Of a DNA stretch of 64,000 nucleotides, positions 20,100 through 30,645 are shown in pieces. How positions within the stretch are numbered: position 1 is the first letter of the stretch; each line of letters opens with the position of its first letter. The stretch comes from Naegleria gruberi (lineage: Eukaryota), in assembly GCA_000004985.1 (NCBI GenBank), contig GG738849.1. The stretch is one strand, 5' to 3'. The notes under the pieces were generated by a model, which was given only the letters and a program-made list of their open reading frames with translations, was not told the origin of the DNA and did no database searches. A program made the translations under genes and the position numbers.

Positions 20100-21800
20100 T
20101 TAATAGTCATCATCCTCATCCTCATCATACTTGTTGATATACTTTTCGTGGTCTGGATTTTTCATATAATTCTTAACATCCTCATCATAGGCCTCATTAT
20201 TCTCATGTTCATTAATTCCAAAAGGATCAACATGATGAATCTTGCCCTTCTTATCACGAACAGTCTTTACAGGAAGTTTTGGATCAGAGGAAATTTGCAT
20301 TTCATCATCGTCATTCTTGGCATAGTCAAATTCGTATGGATTAGTCTTGGCTTTCTTTTTTCTGATACCTTTCTTTTTATATTTACCAGATGATGATTTG
20401 GCTGTATGTTGTTCAAATGATTCCTTCTCCCTCAAACGAATGTACTTTTTGATAAGTTCCTTATTGGTATTGGAAAGTTTGTTATATTCCTTCTCTGAGA
20501 GATTATCCAAGTACTTTTCAATTTTTTCATCCATAAAACCGAATTTAGATTCATTAGAACCTGATTTCTTCTTTTTTGGATAAACTCTATCATAGATTTC
20601 TTGAGGAATTTGAACCTTAACCTTCTTCTTTGGTTTGATTTGCTTTTTTTTCTTTGGTTTTGGAGCTTTGTCTGTCTTGATGTTTTTGAATGGATCATAA
20701 AAGTTATAAGGATCGTCTTGATTCGCTTGCTCTCCATTTTGTGGTTCATTATTTGTTAAAGTTGGTTCTCTTTCTTGTGTTTGAGTGTTAGTATCAGTAT
20801 TGCTAGGAACTTCTGACACAGGTGGTGGATTGTTTGGTTTGGCAATTTGAGGTTCTTCCTTATCTACCAGAACCTCTTCTTCCTCTTCTTTGATTTCTAA
20901 TCTATTATTGTGTTGCTGATGGTGTTGCTGTGTGACATAATTGGAAGAATCAGTCTCGAGCACTGAAGCATTATTGGCCCAAACTTTGAAGCCGCCATAA
21001 ATCATGGCACCCAAAATAGCCAGCATAATCAATACGATTAGATATTTCAATAATCTACTACACATCGATTGTTTAGCTTTGCTTGCTGGTTTAAATTCCT
21101 TTTGTGTTGGAATATTTTGATGGGCTTGGTAGGATGGATAGGCTTGGAAGGAATTGGCAGATGAATGATGTTGCACATAACCATTATCGTTATGGGAAAC
21201 GGAAGACATTCCACTATTGTGCATAGCAGACGAAGAAAAATCAGATTGATAGGAAGAGATCATTGTGGGACTGCCTTGATGATGCAATGGTGGAATATTG
21301 CCGGAATGTTGTTGTGGCATTACTGTTGCTGATGGAATAAACTCTGGAACAGAATATCCGAGGGAGACATTCAAATTGTCCTCTTGTTGTGCTGAAAAAG
21401 CATTGGGAGATGGTGATGAAATGGAACCAGCAGATGGTACAAAAAACATGTGGGATTGTTTTTGAAAATTGTCCACTAATGGTTGATCAGATTTGGTTTT
21501 TGGTTGTCGTCTAAATCTCAATGGTTTATCAGTGCCTGTAGTGGTAGGACTATCATTTTGTTGAAGATCTTCATTAGATTCATTATATGAAACAAAATTA
21601 GCTTGTGGAGGCTCATTCATAGCAGGTATGTATTGAATTGATGAGGTTAAATTATCAGTATTTTCCATTTGTCCAAAATTTTGAAAACCATCCTCTGAGA
21701 CTGGTACATAATCGAGAACCATTGATTCATCGGAATTTGAATAACCAACTGTTGATACATTATAAGTGGGTGGTGAATATTGCTGATCAAGTTTTTTCAT
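20100..21800 (-). CDS. Hypothetical single-pass membrane protein with a Q/S/N-rich N-terminal half, a central TM helix and a Lys-rich C-terminal half.
   Basis: 566-aa ORF with TM LKYLIVLIMLAILGAMIYGGF and K-rich stretches (KAPKPKKKKQIKPKKKVK). No recognised catalytic domain. Confidence 0.45.
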   Translation of the reverse strand: MKKLDQQYSPPTYNVSTVGYSNSDESMVLDYVPVSEDGFQNFGQMENTDNLTSSIQYIPAMNEPPQANFVSYNESNEDLQQNDSPTTTGTDKPLRFRRQPKTKSDQPLVDNFQKQSHMFFVPSAGSISSPSPNAFSAQQEDNLNVSLGYSVPEFIPSATVMPQQHSGNIPPLHHQGSPTMISSYQSDFSSSAMHNSGMSSVSHNDNGYVQHHSSANSFQAYPSYQAHQNIPTQKEFKPASKAKQSMCSRLLKYLIVLIMLAILGAMIYGGFKVWANNASVLETDSSNYVTQQHHQQHNNRLEIKEEEEEVLVDKEEPQIAKPNNPPPVSEVPSNTDTNTQTQEREPTLTNNEPQNGEQANQDDPYNFYDPFKNIKTDKAPKPKKKKQIKPKKKVKVQIPQEIYDRVYPKKKKSGSNESKFGFMDEKIEKYLDNLSEKEYNKLSNTNKELIKKYIRLREKESFEQHTAKSSSGKYKKKGIRKKKAKTNPYEFDYAKNDDDEMQISSDPKLPVKTVRDKKGKIHHVDPFGINEHENNEAYDEDVKNYMKNPDHEKYINKYDEDEDDDY

Positions 21801-22437
21801 TTTTTAAAATAATACACGCCAATGACACGATACTATTGGCCAATTATAATCAATGATACGTATGTTGTGTTGGTACTTTTTTGAATCCTCAATTCTTTCT
21901 TGCCTTTTCTCTGTGAGAGTGTACACGTGTCTTACTATTTTGCTCCTCAATAAAATTTCTTCATAATTCTCATTGAATTAAAAAACATAATAAAAGTTAG
22001 ATGTAAGCATGATCAGTCCCTTGCTGTCATGAAGGATCAGTTCGGGGTGGAGATAGCCAGAGTCTATCACTCATCTTACGGCAGACTCTCAGCGATGTTG
22101 CCAAAGGCGACACTGAATGCCTAATTCGAAAAGACGGTTTGACCTATGCTTTCATAGGAATGAATCAATGCTTGCGTTGCATATGTGAAGCGAGAATTTT
22201 TATTGATTGTGGTTTTCTTTTTTTTATTATTTTTTAAACAAATCTTCACCCATAGATATTATCTGGTTGAGTAAATAGTGAGCAACATAATGTAATGCTC
22301 ATTCTTTTTCATTGTAAAACTCTAAACAATATATGCATTAATGAATTGTCAATTCATAGAAATCTTCTTTATCGGAGTTGCACAGTTGATAATATTTGCA
22401 ATAAGCACTTTTAAAAAAATAAGATTCTCATCAACAA

Positions 22438-23880
22438 ATGGCCTCCATCTTGAAAACAAGTTGCAATCGTGCCTTGTATCGTGAAGCTTTCTATCAAGCA
22501 GCAAAATTAAAACAATCCGAAGGACTTTATTCTAATATTGCCTATTTTATTCAAGGAGGAGACATTAAAGCTAGAACACCTGGTAATGATGTTGATTTAT
22601 CATTTCGTCAAGAAAGTAATTTTTACTATTTAACTGGATTGTCTGAACCTGGATGTTGTTTACTTTTGAATCCATCCAAGAGTGAATCTGTTTTATTTGT
22701 TCCTGAATATGATGATGAATATGCATTGTGGTGTGGTGACTATCCAGTCATTGAAGATTACAAACAAAAACTTGGATTTTCAAGAGTGGAATATAAGACT
22801 CAAGGATCAACACTTGTTTCATCAATTCTCAATGAATGGCAAACTCACAAGGTTATTGCCTTCGATCAAGAATCAAAATCAAATCAATTAATTCAACAAC
22901 TTTCAAACGTTGAAGTTGTTGGTGATGAAATTACTCGTGCATTCTATGTTTTGGTTAGAGATTTAAGATTAATTAAACAACAAGAGGAAATTGAAATGAT
23001 GAGAAAGATGTGTCAAATCAGTGGTGACGCTCACGTCAAGTGTATGCAACGTTCTAGACCTGGAATTAATGAACGTGAATTAGAAGCTGTATTCAGATAT
23101 GAAACAATGATAAATGCTGGATCAGTTTTCATGGCTTATGATCCAATTATTGCTGGTGATGATCGTGGTGCTACATTGCACTATGTCAGAAATGATGAAA
23201 ATGTCAGTGATGGTAGTTTAGTCTTGATTGATGCTGGTGCTGAATGTTATGGATCATTATATGCCAGTGATATTACTAGAGTTTTCCCAGTTAATGGTAA
23301 ATTCTCTGAAAAGCAACGTCAAGTTTATCAAATTGTTCTTGATGCTCAAATGGCTGTATTGAATTCTATGAAGCCTGGTGTTAAATGGGAAGATATGCAT
23401 CGTTTGGCTTCAAGAGTCATTACTAAAGGATTGTTTGAATTGGGATTGTTGAAAGTTGATGGAAAGAGTGGAGAAGAAGCTGTTGATGAATTGGTTCAAA
23501 ACCACGTTGGAGCTGTCTTTTTCCCTCATGGTTTGGGACATGCTTTGGGTCTTGATGTTCACGATCCACCAAATCGTGATGGTAGTTTTGAAAAGATCGA
23601 CGAACCTGGTATTGGTTATTTGAGATTGAGAGTTACTCTCCAAAAGGGTATGGTCTTGACTGTTGAACCAGGTATCTATTTCAATAAGAGAATGATTGCC
23701 AACGCTTTCAAGAATGAAACAACAGCCAAATACTTGAATGCCACCCTCATTGATGAATACATGTGTGTTGGAGGTATTAGAATTGAAGATGATGTTGCAA
23801 TCACTGATGATGGTATTGATAATTTGTGTGCAGGTGTTCCAAAGACCATTGATGAAATTGAAAAGATCATGACTAAATAA
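22438..23880 (+). CDS. PEPD: Xaa-Pro dipeptidase (prolidase), M24B metallopeptidase.
   Basis: 480-aa ORF with M24B metal-ligand motifs (LVLIDAGAECYGSLYASDITRVFPVNGKF, HGLGHALGLDVHD, VLTVEPGIYF, GGIRIEDDV). Confidence 0.9.
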   Translation: MASILKTSCNRALYREAFYQAAKLKQSEGLYSNIAYFIQGGDIKARTPGNDVDLSFRQESNFYYLTGLSEPGCCLLLNPSKSESVLFVPEYDDEYALWCGDYPVIEDYKQKLGFSRVEYKTQGSTLVSSILNEWQTHKVIAFDQESKSNQLIQQLSNVEVVGDEITRAFYVLVRDLRLIKQQEEIEMMRKMCQISGDAHVKCMQRSRPGINERELEAVFRYETMINAGSVFMAYDPIIAGDDRGATLHYVRNDENVSDGSLVLIDAGAECYGSLYASDITRVFPVNGKFSEKQRQVYQIVLDAQMAVLNSMKPGVKWEDMHRLASRVITKGLFELGLLKVDGKSGEEAVDELVQNHVGAVFFPHGLGHALGLDVHDPPNRDGSFEKIDEPGIGYLRLRVTLQKGMVLTVEPGIYFNKRMIANAFKNETTAKYLNATLIDEYMCVGGIRIEDDVAITDDGIDNLCAGVPKTIDEIEKIMTK

Positions 23881-24322
23881 ATATTTTTGTAAATTTTAAT
23901 TTCATATTGTTTTACAATTAATTCTCTTAAATTTAAACTTCTAAGGGAAACAAAAACTTGCGAAGTCCGAATATCTAACAATTTATCACAAATAAACCTA
24001 ATAAGGTGAGTTTGGTTCGTAAGGAGAAAATATTATTCTCCACCGCCAATAATTATTAACATCACAAAACTTCAATTCTCTACACAATCTCAATATTATT
24101 AAACTAATCCATTGTACTGTATTGTTGTTAAATTAATAAATAAATAATCATTTAACACACTCTAGATAAAGAGCTGTTGATTTTTGGCTTCAAAACCCGA
24201 ACGCACTTTGGTGGAGTTTGTTACAGACCGATGAACCAAACACTATTTATTTGTTGATCGAGTGAATGTTCGGATTGCGTTGAACTCACCAGCCACCAAA
24301 TAAATTTCACAGCGCATTTGTT

Positions 24323-25804
24323 TTGAATAAAAAAATAACACATAATACACACATCATGGACGAAATAGGTGTGCTTGATATCGTCTTGGCACTTGTTGTT
24401 GCCGGATTTTTGTTCCTGGTTATTCGTTACTTTAGTTCACAAAAGGGAAAGAAGAGTGAACCACCTAGAGTACCAAACTTCCTTCCATACTTTGGTTCAT
24501 TTGTTGGCTTTGCCAAGAACCCAGTTGGTTTCATTATTGAAAATAGCAAAAAGTATGGTGATGTCTTTACTGCCACAATTCTCGGTAAGGAAATGACCTT
24601 TTTGAATCACCCAAAGATTTTGGAAACTTTCTTCAAGGCTACTGATAATGAACTTTCTTTGAGAGATGTTTACAAATTCATGAGACCAGTCTTTGGTGCA
24701 GGTGTCGTTTATGATGCTGATTCCACTGAACGTATGATGGAACAAGTCAAGTTTGTTTCATCTGGTCTTACCACTGCTCGTTTCCGTGTCTTTGTTGATA
24801 TCTTTGAAGATGAAGTTAGACGTAGAGTTGATGTTTTGGGCAAGGAAGGAACTGTTAATATTGTTGAATTGTTATCTGATTTGATTATTTTCACTGCTTC
24901 TCGTTGTTTGTTAGGTGATGAAGTTAGAGAATATTTGAGTTCAAAGAATTTGGGTAAACTTTATCACGATATTGATGAAGGTATTAGTCCATTGTCTTTC
25001 TTCTATCCATCACTTCCTGCAGGTAGACGTGACACTGCTAGAAAGGCTATTGGTGAAATTTTCCAAGAATTATTAGATAAGAGAAGAGAAGAACACAAGA
25101 AGAATCCAGAACGTTTGTTGGATGAATCAAAGATGGACGTTGTTGATCATTTGCTTACTCAAAAGTATAAGGATGGTCAAGAATTGACTGATGTTCACAG
25201 AATTGGTGTTTTGATTGCTGGTTTGTTTGCTGGTCAACACACTTCTTCAATTACTAGCAGTTGGACTTTGATGAGTGTTATTGCTGATAAGAGAGTTTTA
25301 GGAAAGGTTAGAGCTGAACAAGATGAAATTATGGGTTCCGATGCCAAGTTGGATTATGAAAAGGTTATGAAAATGGATTATCTTGAAGCCTGTATGAAGG
25401 AAGCCCTCAGAATGTATCCACCTTTGATCATGATTATGAGAATGGCCAGAAAGCCAAGACAATGCGAAGAATTCATTATTCCAAAGGGTAACATTTTGGT
25501 TGTTTCTCCATCTGTTGCTGGTAGATGTACTGATACTTTCACTAGTCCAGATGTTTTCAGACCAGAACGTTTGACTGAAGATAAGGAACAAGACAAATTC
25601 AAGTATGGTAATGTTCCATTTGGTGCTGGTCGTCACAAATGTATTGGTGAAAACTTTGCTCTCCTCCAAGTTAAGAGTATTATTAGTATTTTATTGAGAT
25701 ATTATGATATGGAATATATGGGCAATATTCCAGAACCATCTTACTCTTCACTCGTTGTTGGTCCTGCTCCTCCAAACATGGTCAAGTACAAGCTCAGAAA
25801 ATAA
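24323..25804 (+). CDS. CYP51: Sterol 14-alpha demethylase (CYP51) cytochrome P450. The start may instead be at the Met at 24356.
   Basis: N-terminal membrane anchor, an I-helix AGQHTSS, ETLR-like EALRMYPP, and the heme-binding loop FGAGRHKCIGENFA. The overall length and order are typical of CYP51. Confidence 0.92.
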   Translation: MNKKITHNTHIMDEIGVLDIVLALVVAGFLFLVIRYFSSQKGKKSEPPRVPNFLPYFGSFVGFAKNPVGFIIENSKKYGDVFTATILGKEMTFLNHPKILETFFKATDNELSLRDVYKFMRPVFGAGVVYDADSTERMMEQVKFVSSGLTTARFRVFVDIFEDEVRRRVDVLGKEGTVNIVELLSDLIIFTASRCLLGDEVREYLSSKNLGKLYHDIDEGISPLSFFYPSLPAGRRDTARKAIGEIFQELLDKRREEHKKNPERLLDESKMDVVDHLLTQKYKDGQELTDVHRIGVLIAGLFAGQHTSSITSSWTLMSVIADKRVLGKVRAEQDEIMGSDAKLDYEKVMKMDYLEACMKEALRMYPPLIMIMRMARKPRQCEEFIIPKGNILVVSPSVAGRCTDTFTSPDVFRPERLTEDKEQDKFKYGNVPFGAGRHKCIGENFALLQVKSIISILLRYYDMEYMGNIPEPSYSSLVVGPAPPNMVKYKLRK

Positions 25805-25967
25805 TTGTAACACTATTTATTTATAAAAACACAAAAATTTTAAAATTCATTTAAATGATTAGTATTTCAATACTATTATATTGAGGATAACATTTCGAAA
25901 ATCAAAAACCAATAGGTGATCTTACTGTACCTAATTGAAGTTGAAGTAAAAAAAACATTGTAAAAAA

Positions 25968-27054
25968 ATGTCTGCATTGAATCTATTGAAAAATGCACTC
26001 AATCAAACAAAAAATCAAAAACAAGAATTAAAACAATCTGTGGAAAATAATAGTAGCACCAATAAACCTAAATGGGTGAGGAAAGGTGAATTGGAGCAAG
26101 CTAGAGAACGTCAATATTTTGAAAAGCAAGGAATTAAAAGAAAACACGAGTCGGTTAATGTAAATAATGATGATGAACAACAACAATCAACAACTGCAAC
26201 CTCTTCTTCATCGGAAGGTATCAATACAACCTCCGAAGAACCATCTAAAAAATTAAAACTCACGAAATAATAATACTGACAATGATGATGACAATTCTTT
26301 GGAGACTATTCCAAGATTTGAAGTATTTAGATTGTTACGTTCCTATGGTGAACCAATAACGTTATTTGGCGAAACTGATGAATTCCGATTGATACGTTTG
26401 AAAAACATTCAAACTACTAGAGGTGAATTTATTGGGCAACAAAATGACTTTGCCAAAGCATTGAAGGAAAGAGAACAAGAAGTTGTGGATGAAGTAGCAA
26501 TTGGAGAAGCATCATCTGAAGCCAACTCCTCAAATAAGGACATTGTAAAATATATTGGAGTGATACCAAAGAAACAAGATGAGGATTCGTATGATTTTAT
26601 TTTACGTGTACTGAGACGACTCATGAAGGAATGGAGATATAAATTGGATGATTTGCCAGAACATGTTAAAAAATCAGCAAAAGGTAAACATGACGCAACA
26701 ATTTACAAGCAAACAAAGAGTTATATCAAGCCACTTTTTAAATTATTGAAAAAGAGACAATTGGCAGATGAAATTGTTCAATCTTTGGAACCAATTTGTT
26801 CCTTCATGGCTGAGAAGGAATATGTAAAAGCAAATGATGTTTATATGGAGCTTGCTATTGGTAATCAACCTTGGCCAATTGGTGTTACCATGGTTGGTAT
26901 TCACGCTAGAACTGCGCGTGAAAGAATTGGTTCAGATAAGATTAAGCACATCCTCAACGATGAAGATCAACGAAGATATGTTCAAAGTGTTAAGAGATTA
27001 ATGACCCTAGCTCAACAATTGTATCCATCAGTTCCAAGTAAAATGGTTGAATAA
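25968..27054 (+). CDS. PRP18: Pre-mRNA splicing factor PRP18 with two exons: 25968-26159 and 26305-27054, separated by a 145-nt GTAAAT..AG intron.
   Basis: Exon 2 has SFM-like RLLRSYGEPITLFGETD and the PRP18 C-terminal domain (KQTKSYIKPLFKLLKKRQL, EYVKANDVYMELAIGNQPWPIGVTMVGIHARTARERI, LNDEDQRRYVQSVKRLMT). Exon 1 resembles the PRP18 N-terminal helix. The two ORFs are in different frames and are reconciled by the intron. Confidence 0.85.
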
Positions 27055-27111
27055 GATGTCTTTTCAATATTGTTTTAATTGAAATAATTTATATTGAATT
27101 TATTGATAATA

Positions 27112-28359
27112 TTATCTCTTTCGTGCCTCAACTAAAAAGTAATGTGGTGCATAGACTGTTGTTTCACTATCATACTTCTGGGTAATGAAAATATCACAAA
27201 ATCCTGTATTCCACAAATTCTTTTCAAACTCGAGTTTTCTATCCAAAATCTTGTCAATTCCATCATTATTTACATGTTCTGTCTTGAAAAAGAGAGTACC
27301 TCCATGTCTCAAAATTCTATAATATTCTACTAAGAGTCTCTTATTTCCCAGAATGTTGTGCCCAATAAAATTGAGAACAACCCTCAAGAATCTATTCGAA
27401 GGGAATGCCATTAATGTCTTTACATCGAATGCGTCTCCAACGACGTCTGGATTTTCCTTAATATCAATATCGAGTGTGAAATAATTCTCCTTTCGAATAG
27501 TTGTATCATTATGCTTATCACCAATGATGAAAGCTTCTCCTCTGAATTGGGAAAAGGTTCTCTTATTGAAATGTAGAGGAGCCTTTTTGATATTCATTGA
27601 ACCTTCATTTGAAGTGAAAGAAACAACTTCCAAATTCTTCTCCAACCACAAATCAGCAATGGTCAACTTGCCATTATCTATTAATACAGTTATATACGGT
27701 TCATATTCCATAATTGCTTTTGGATAAATGACATTGATCCAAGCAAATGAGAAGCCAATACACTTGGCCAATTTTTCCTGATTGACATGATCTGGAATAA
27801 AAGTTCTATTCTTCAACCATTCATAACCATCAAAGTCATAATCTTCCTCATTCAAAAATTGTAAACTCCAAAATTTAGCCAAGAATAAATAACCTCTCGA
27901 TAGTGTCCACAGTTTCGAATGAAATTTTTTATCCCTTCCATATTTGAAATCTGAAAGTAATTCCAATAAATCATCTTGAATATTCTCCACTGATTCTTCC
28001 AAGAGAATGGAATGCAATTGTTTAATCATTGGTTCCTCGTCTCCCTCTACATAGGTCAGATCTTCCATTTTACTGAATACTTGAGCTGTATTGTCGAACA
28101 ATTCCAATACTAGAGGATCCTTCTCAATGTAAATTTCTTCACAATGATGTTTACAACAGTGGTGATGCTTTTGATCGTGATTGGAACAAGTATTGTCATC
28201 CTTTTTGATTGTTGTTGTTTTTGATTTCAAACTCTCTTCCGATGATTGAATCTGTTCACCATTCTGAGAATCATTTAGAGTTTCTTTGTGATGATCATGA
28301 TCATCGTGATGGTGGTGATGACTTCCACAGCATCCATCACTATTATCTCTATCACACAT
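27112..28359 (-). CDS. Class I SAM-dependent methyltransferase-like protein with a His/Cys-rich N-terminus (CCGSHHHHHDDHDHH, HHHCCKHHCEE).
   Basis: 415-aa ORF. The C-terminal part carries methyltransferase-fold-like motifs (VVGDAFDV, LRVVLNFIGHNI, YRILRHGGTLFFKTEHV). The N-terminal His/Cys clusters suggest metal binding. Confidence 0.55.
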   Translation of the reverse strand: MCDRDNSDGCCGSHHHHHDDHDHHKETLNDSQNGEQIQSSEESLKSKTTTIKKDDNTCSNHDQKHHHCCKHHCEEIYIEKDPLVLELFDNTAQVFSKMEDLTYVEGDEEPMIKQLHSILLEESVENIQDDLLELLSDFKYGRDKKFHSKLWTLSRGYLFLAKFWSLQFLNEEDYDFDGYEWLKNRTFIPDHVNQEKLAKCIGFSFAWINVIYPKAIMEYEPYITVLIDNGKLTIADLWLEKNLEVVSFTSNEGSMNIKKAPLHFNKRTFSQFRGEAFIIGDKHNDTTIRKENYFTLDIDIKENPDVVGDAFDVKTLMAFPSNRFLRVVLNFIGHNILGNKRLLVEYYRILRHGGTLFFKTEHVNNDGIDKILDRKLEFEKNLWNTGFCDIFITQKYDSETTVYAPHYFLVEARKR

Positions 28360-28514
28360 TTTTTATTATTTGAATATTGAGAATAACCTTGCTTCTGTGG
28401 ATAATGACCATAGAAGAACAAGGAACAATATCCTTTGAAACATATTTAAAAAACAACTTATTAATTAAATAATAATTTTTAATACAATTCCCTTCCGAGT
28501 TTTTGTTATTGTAC

Positions 28515-28888
28515 AGTTTATTCCTTGGCAATGGCATCGTAATGTTCAACAGTGAAGAAACGATCAATCCAATATATACTGAAAACAAGACTGGCAATAT
28601 AACCGTATTTAATGACTTGTCTCTTATCTTGCAAAGCAGAGTGCTTTGGGAATTGACGCTATTTAATTAATTAATACATTATCATCATCAAATATTAAAT
28701 TATCATCATGAAATTATATTTAAAAAATTCCGCATTAATTCCAATATTATTAATTATTATTATCAATCTACTTCTTCTTCATAGAGGATGGTAATACCTA
28801 CCTGTCCAGAACCAGCAGCATTAGAGTTGAAACGCTTGGTGACTGTGTTCAAACAGACAGAAATACTCTTCTTGACAAACTTATTCAT
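28515..28888 (-). CDS. Small putative mitochondrial single-TM protein of about 76 aa, in two exons (28802-28888 and 28515-28658) with a 143-nt intron. It was missed by the ORF track because it is split.
   Basis: Exon 1 MNKFVKKSISVCLNTVTKRFNSNAAGSGQ is presequence-like. After a gtaggt..aaatag intron comes RQFPKHSALQDKRQVIKYGYIASLVFSIYWIDRFFTVEHYDAIAKE*, with a TM-like stretch. It resembles small respiratory-complex subunits, but the family is unassigned. Confidence 0.4.
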
Positions 28889-29107
28889 TTTTTAAAATAT
28901 TTATTTTTTGATGATAATTGGCCGATACTTGAACAAGGAAGAATAGCAGAAACATCACCAAGAAATTAATTGCAGAGCTGTACAATGTTGAAATTATTTT
29001 ATGAGAATATTTACCTTAGCATTGTCAATTTATTTTCACTCTTCTTTGTGTATTAGATCATTACATTTCAATACCAAATGTTGCTGATTGTACAATAATT
29101 TAAAAAA

Positions 29108-30070
29108 ATGAGAGCCTTATTTTCAAAGACTAAGGAGCCTAAAACTCCAACTTCACCATCTTCGCCAATGACTCCATCCTCCTCATCTTCACACTTGAGC
29201 AATTCCAATACACCAGATAAAACTCTCTCACCACTCGGTAGAAAGCTATCTTTCACATCAAGTTTTCATACTCCAAAGAGGAAGGATTCAAATAGTACAC
29301 ACATGAGTCCTTCTGCCCTCTCAACAAAGGAGTCCTATCATATGGCCTTCTGTGAGAATACACATTCTACACCAATAAGAAACATCAATATGGATCCTGC
29401 TACAACAACAGAGAAGGATTCTATTTTCAACAAGTATGATTACGATGAGGATGGTAATATTTTAGATCCACTGGTATTATTAATGGATAAGGAAGATGTT
29501 TTTATTGCCTCGTCAACATTTGGAAGACAAAAGGGAAATGATTTTGAGGAGTGTATATTAGTGTTTGGAAAATTAAACATGTACAGAATTATTAAGGATG
29601 CCACATACAAACCAAAATTATCAGAGATGGAATTGGAAGTGGATGAAGAAATCCAATCAAGAAAAGGTTCACTTAGAAAAGTAGCAAGAGAGGAAGAATT
29701 TGAAAGACTTGGAGCAAAGGATGTCACATCACTTCCACCAGAGGATGCTAAAAATCCACTCTTTATAAATGACAATGTATTCATTCAAACGGATATTACA
29801 GAACCATTCGAAGGAGTTGGATACAGATCAAGATGGGTGGTTAAGTGGAAGATTCCTTGGTGTATGGTAAACTCAATTCAAAAATGTGAGACCAATGATA
29901 GACAATTGGAGATTATATTACATGTAGTGGGAAGTGCAACTGGATTTTCAAAAAAGGAATACATCTGCACATCACCTGCCGATAGAGAAGTGTGGTACTT
30001 TACACTTTCGAATGTTTTCCAAGCTTATAATAAGGAATATTTTGAGAGTATGTATTTGGTTTATGATTAG
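29108..30070 (+). CDS. Hypothetical protein with an S/T-rich N-terminus and a PH-like C-terminal region.
   Basis: 320-aa ORF. The C-terminal segment (EIILHVVGSATGFSKKEYICTSPADREVWYFTLSNVFQAY) resembles the C-terminal helix of PH domains. Confidence 0.45.
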   Translation: MRALFSKTKEPKTPTSPSSPMTPSSSSSHLSNSNTPDKTLSPLGRKLSFTSSFHTPKRKDSNSTHMSPSALSTKESYHMAFCENTHSTPIRNINMDPATTTEKDSIFNKYDYDEDGNILDPLVLLMDKEDVFIASSTFGRQKGNDFEECILVFGKLNMYRIIKDATYKPKLSEMELEVDEEIQSRKGSLRKVAREEEFERLGAKDVTSLPPEDAKNPLFINDNVFIQTDITEPFEGVGYRSRWVVKWKIPWCMVNSIQKCETNDRQLEIILHVVGSATGFSKKEYICTSPADREVWYFTLSNVFQAYNKEYFESMYLVYD

Positions 30071-30094
30071 ATGGAATATTAATTCAAATTAGCA

Positions 30095-30575
30095 ATGATT
30101 GTTCATGCACCAGAAGTTTATCAATACCATCTCTTCCTTCAAAAGGGAGATGATCAAAAACGAGCCATTGTTTTTTCAAATAAGAGACTTTACAATGCCA
30201 AGATGGCCATAGGAGAAGCTGACGAAAAGAAAATTAAATTGAGAGTAAGTTGTTGTTCAAACTTAAATAAGGAACATTATATTTAATATATCGAAATTGA
30301 AAACAGTATGGTGTTCCTATTGAGCATATTAAGTTCATTAAGAGATTTTCAAAAACTCCAAACGCACTCTGCATTGTTTTCGACAAGAAAAAGGCATCAA
30401 AAGATAAGAGTACCAAAGGGTCTGTTTCAGAAAACTATGTCTTTACAACAAGTGATGAGATTACATGTCTTGAGATGATAAAGGAATTAGCTATGGTTTT
30501 TCACATGATAACCAAAACAGAAATTACATACGAATTCGTTGAGGGATCAGCTACCAAGGGTGATACAGAGTAGTA
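30095..30575 (+). CDS. Small PH-like domain protein, probably two exons. Donor GTAAGT is at about 30245 and acceptor ..aaaacag at about 30306.
   Basis: YHLFLQKGDDQKRAIVFSNKRLY..KIKLR | YGVPIEHIKFIKRFSKTPNALCIVFDKK..YVFTTSDEITCLEMIKELAMVF resembles a split PH/GRAM-like fold. Confidence 0.35.
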
Positions 30576-30645
30576 CCAATACACACAGTTGTCTTATTAA
30601 TAAAAATTAAAATTCAAAAAAAATTCCTCATCATACAAAGAAACA

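Noticed and set aside
22010-22200. Assignment of the GC-rich island to a specific snRNA (U1/U2/U4/U5/U6) or SRP RNA.
   Set aside because: Comparison from memory with the conserved 5' ends and Sm-site contexts of these RNAs showed no convincing match. It is left as an unclassified candidate.
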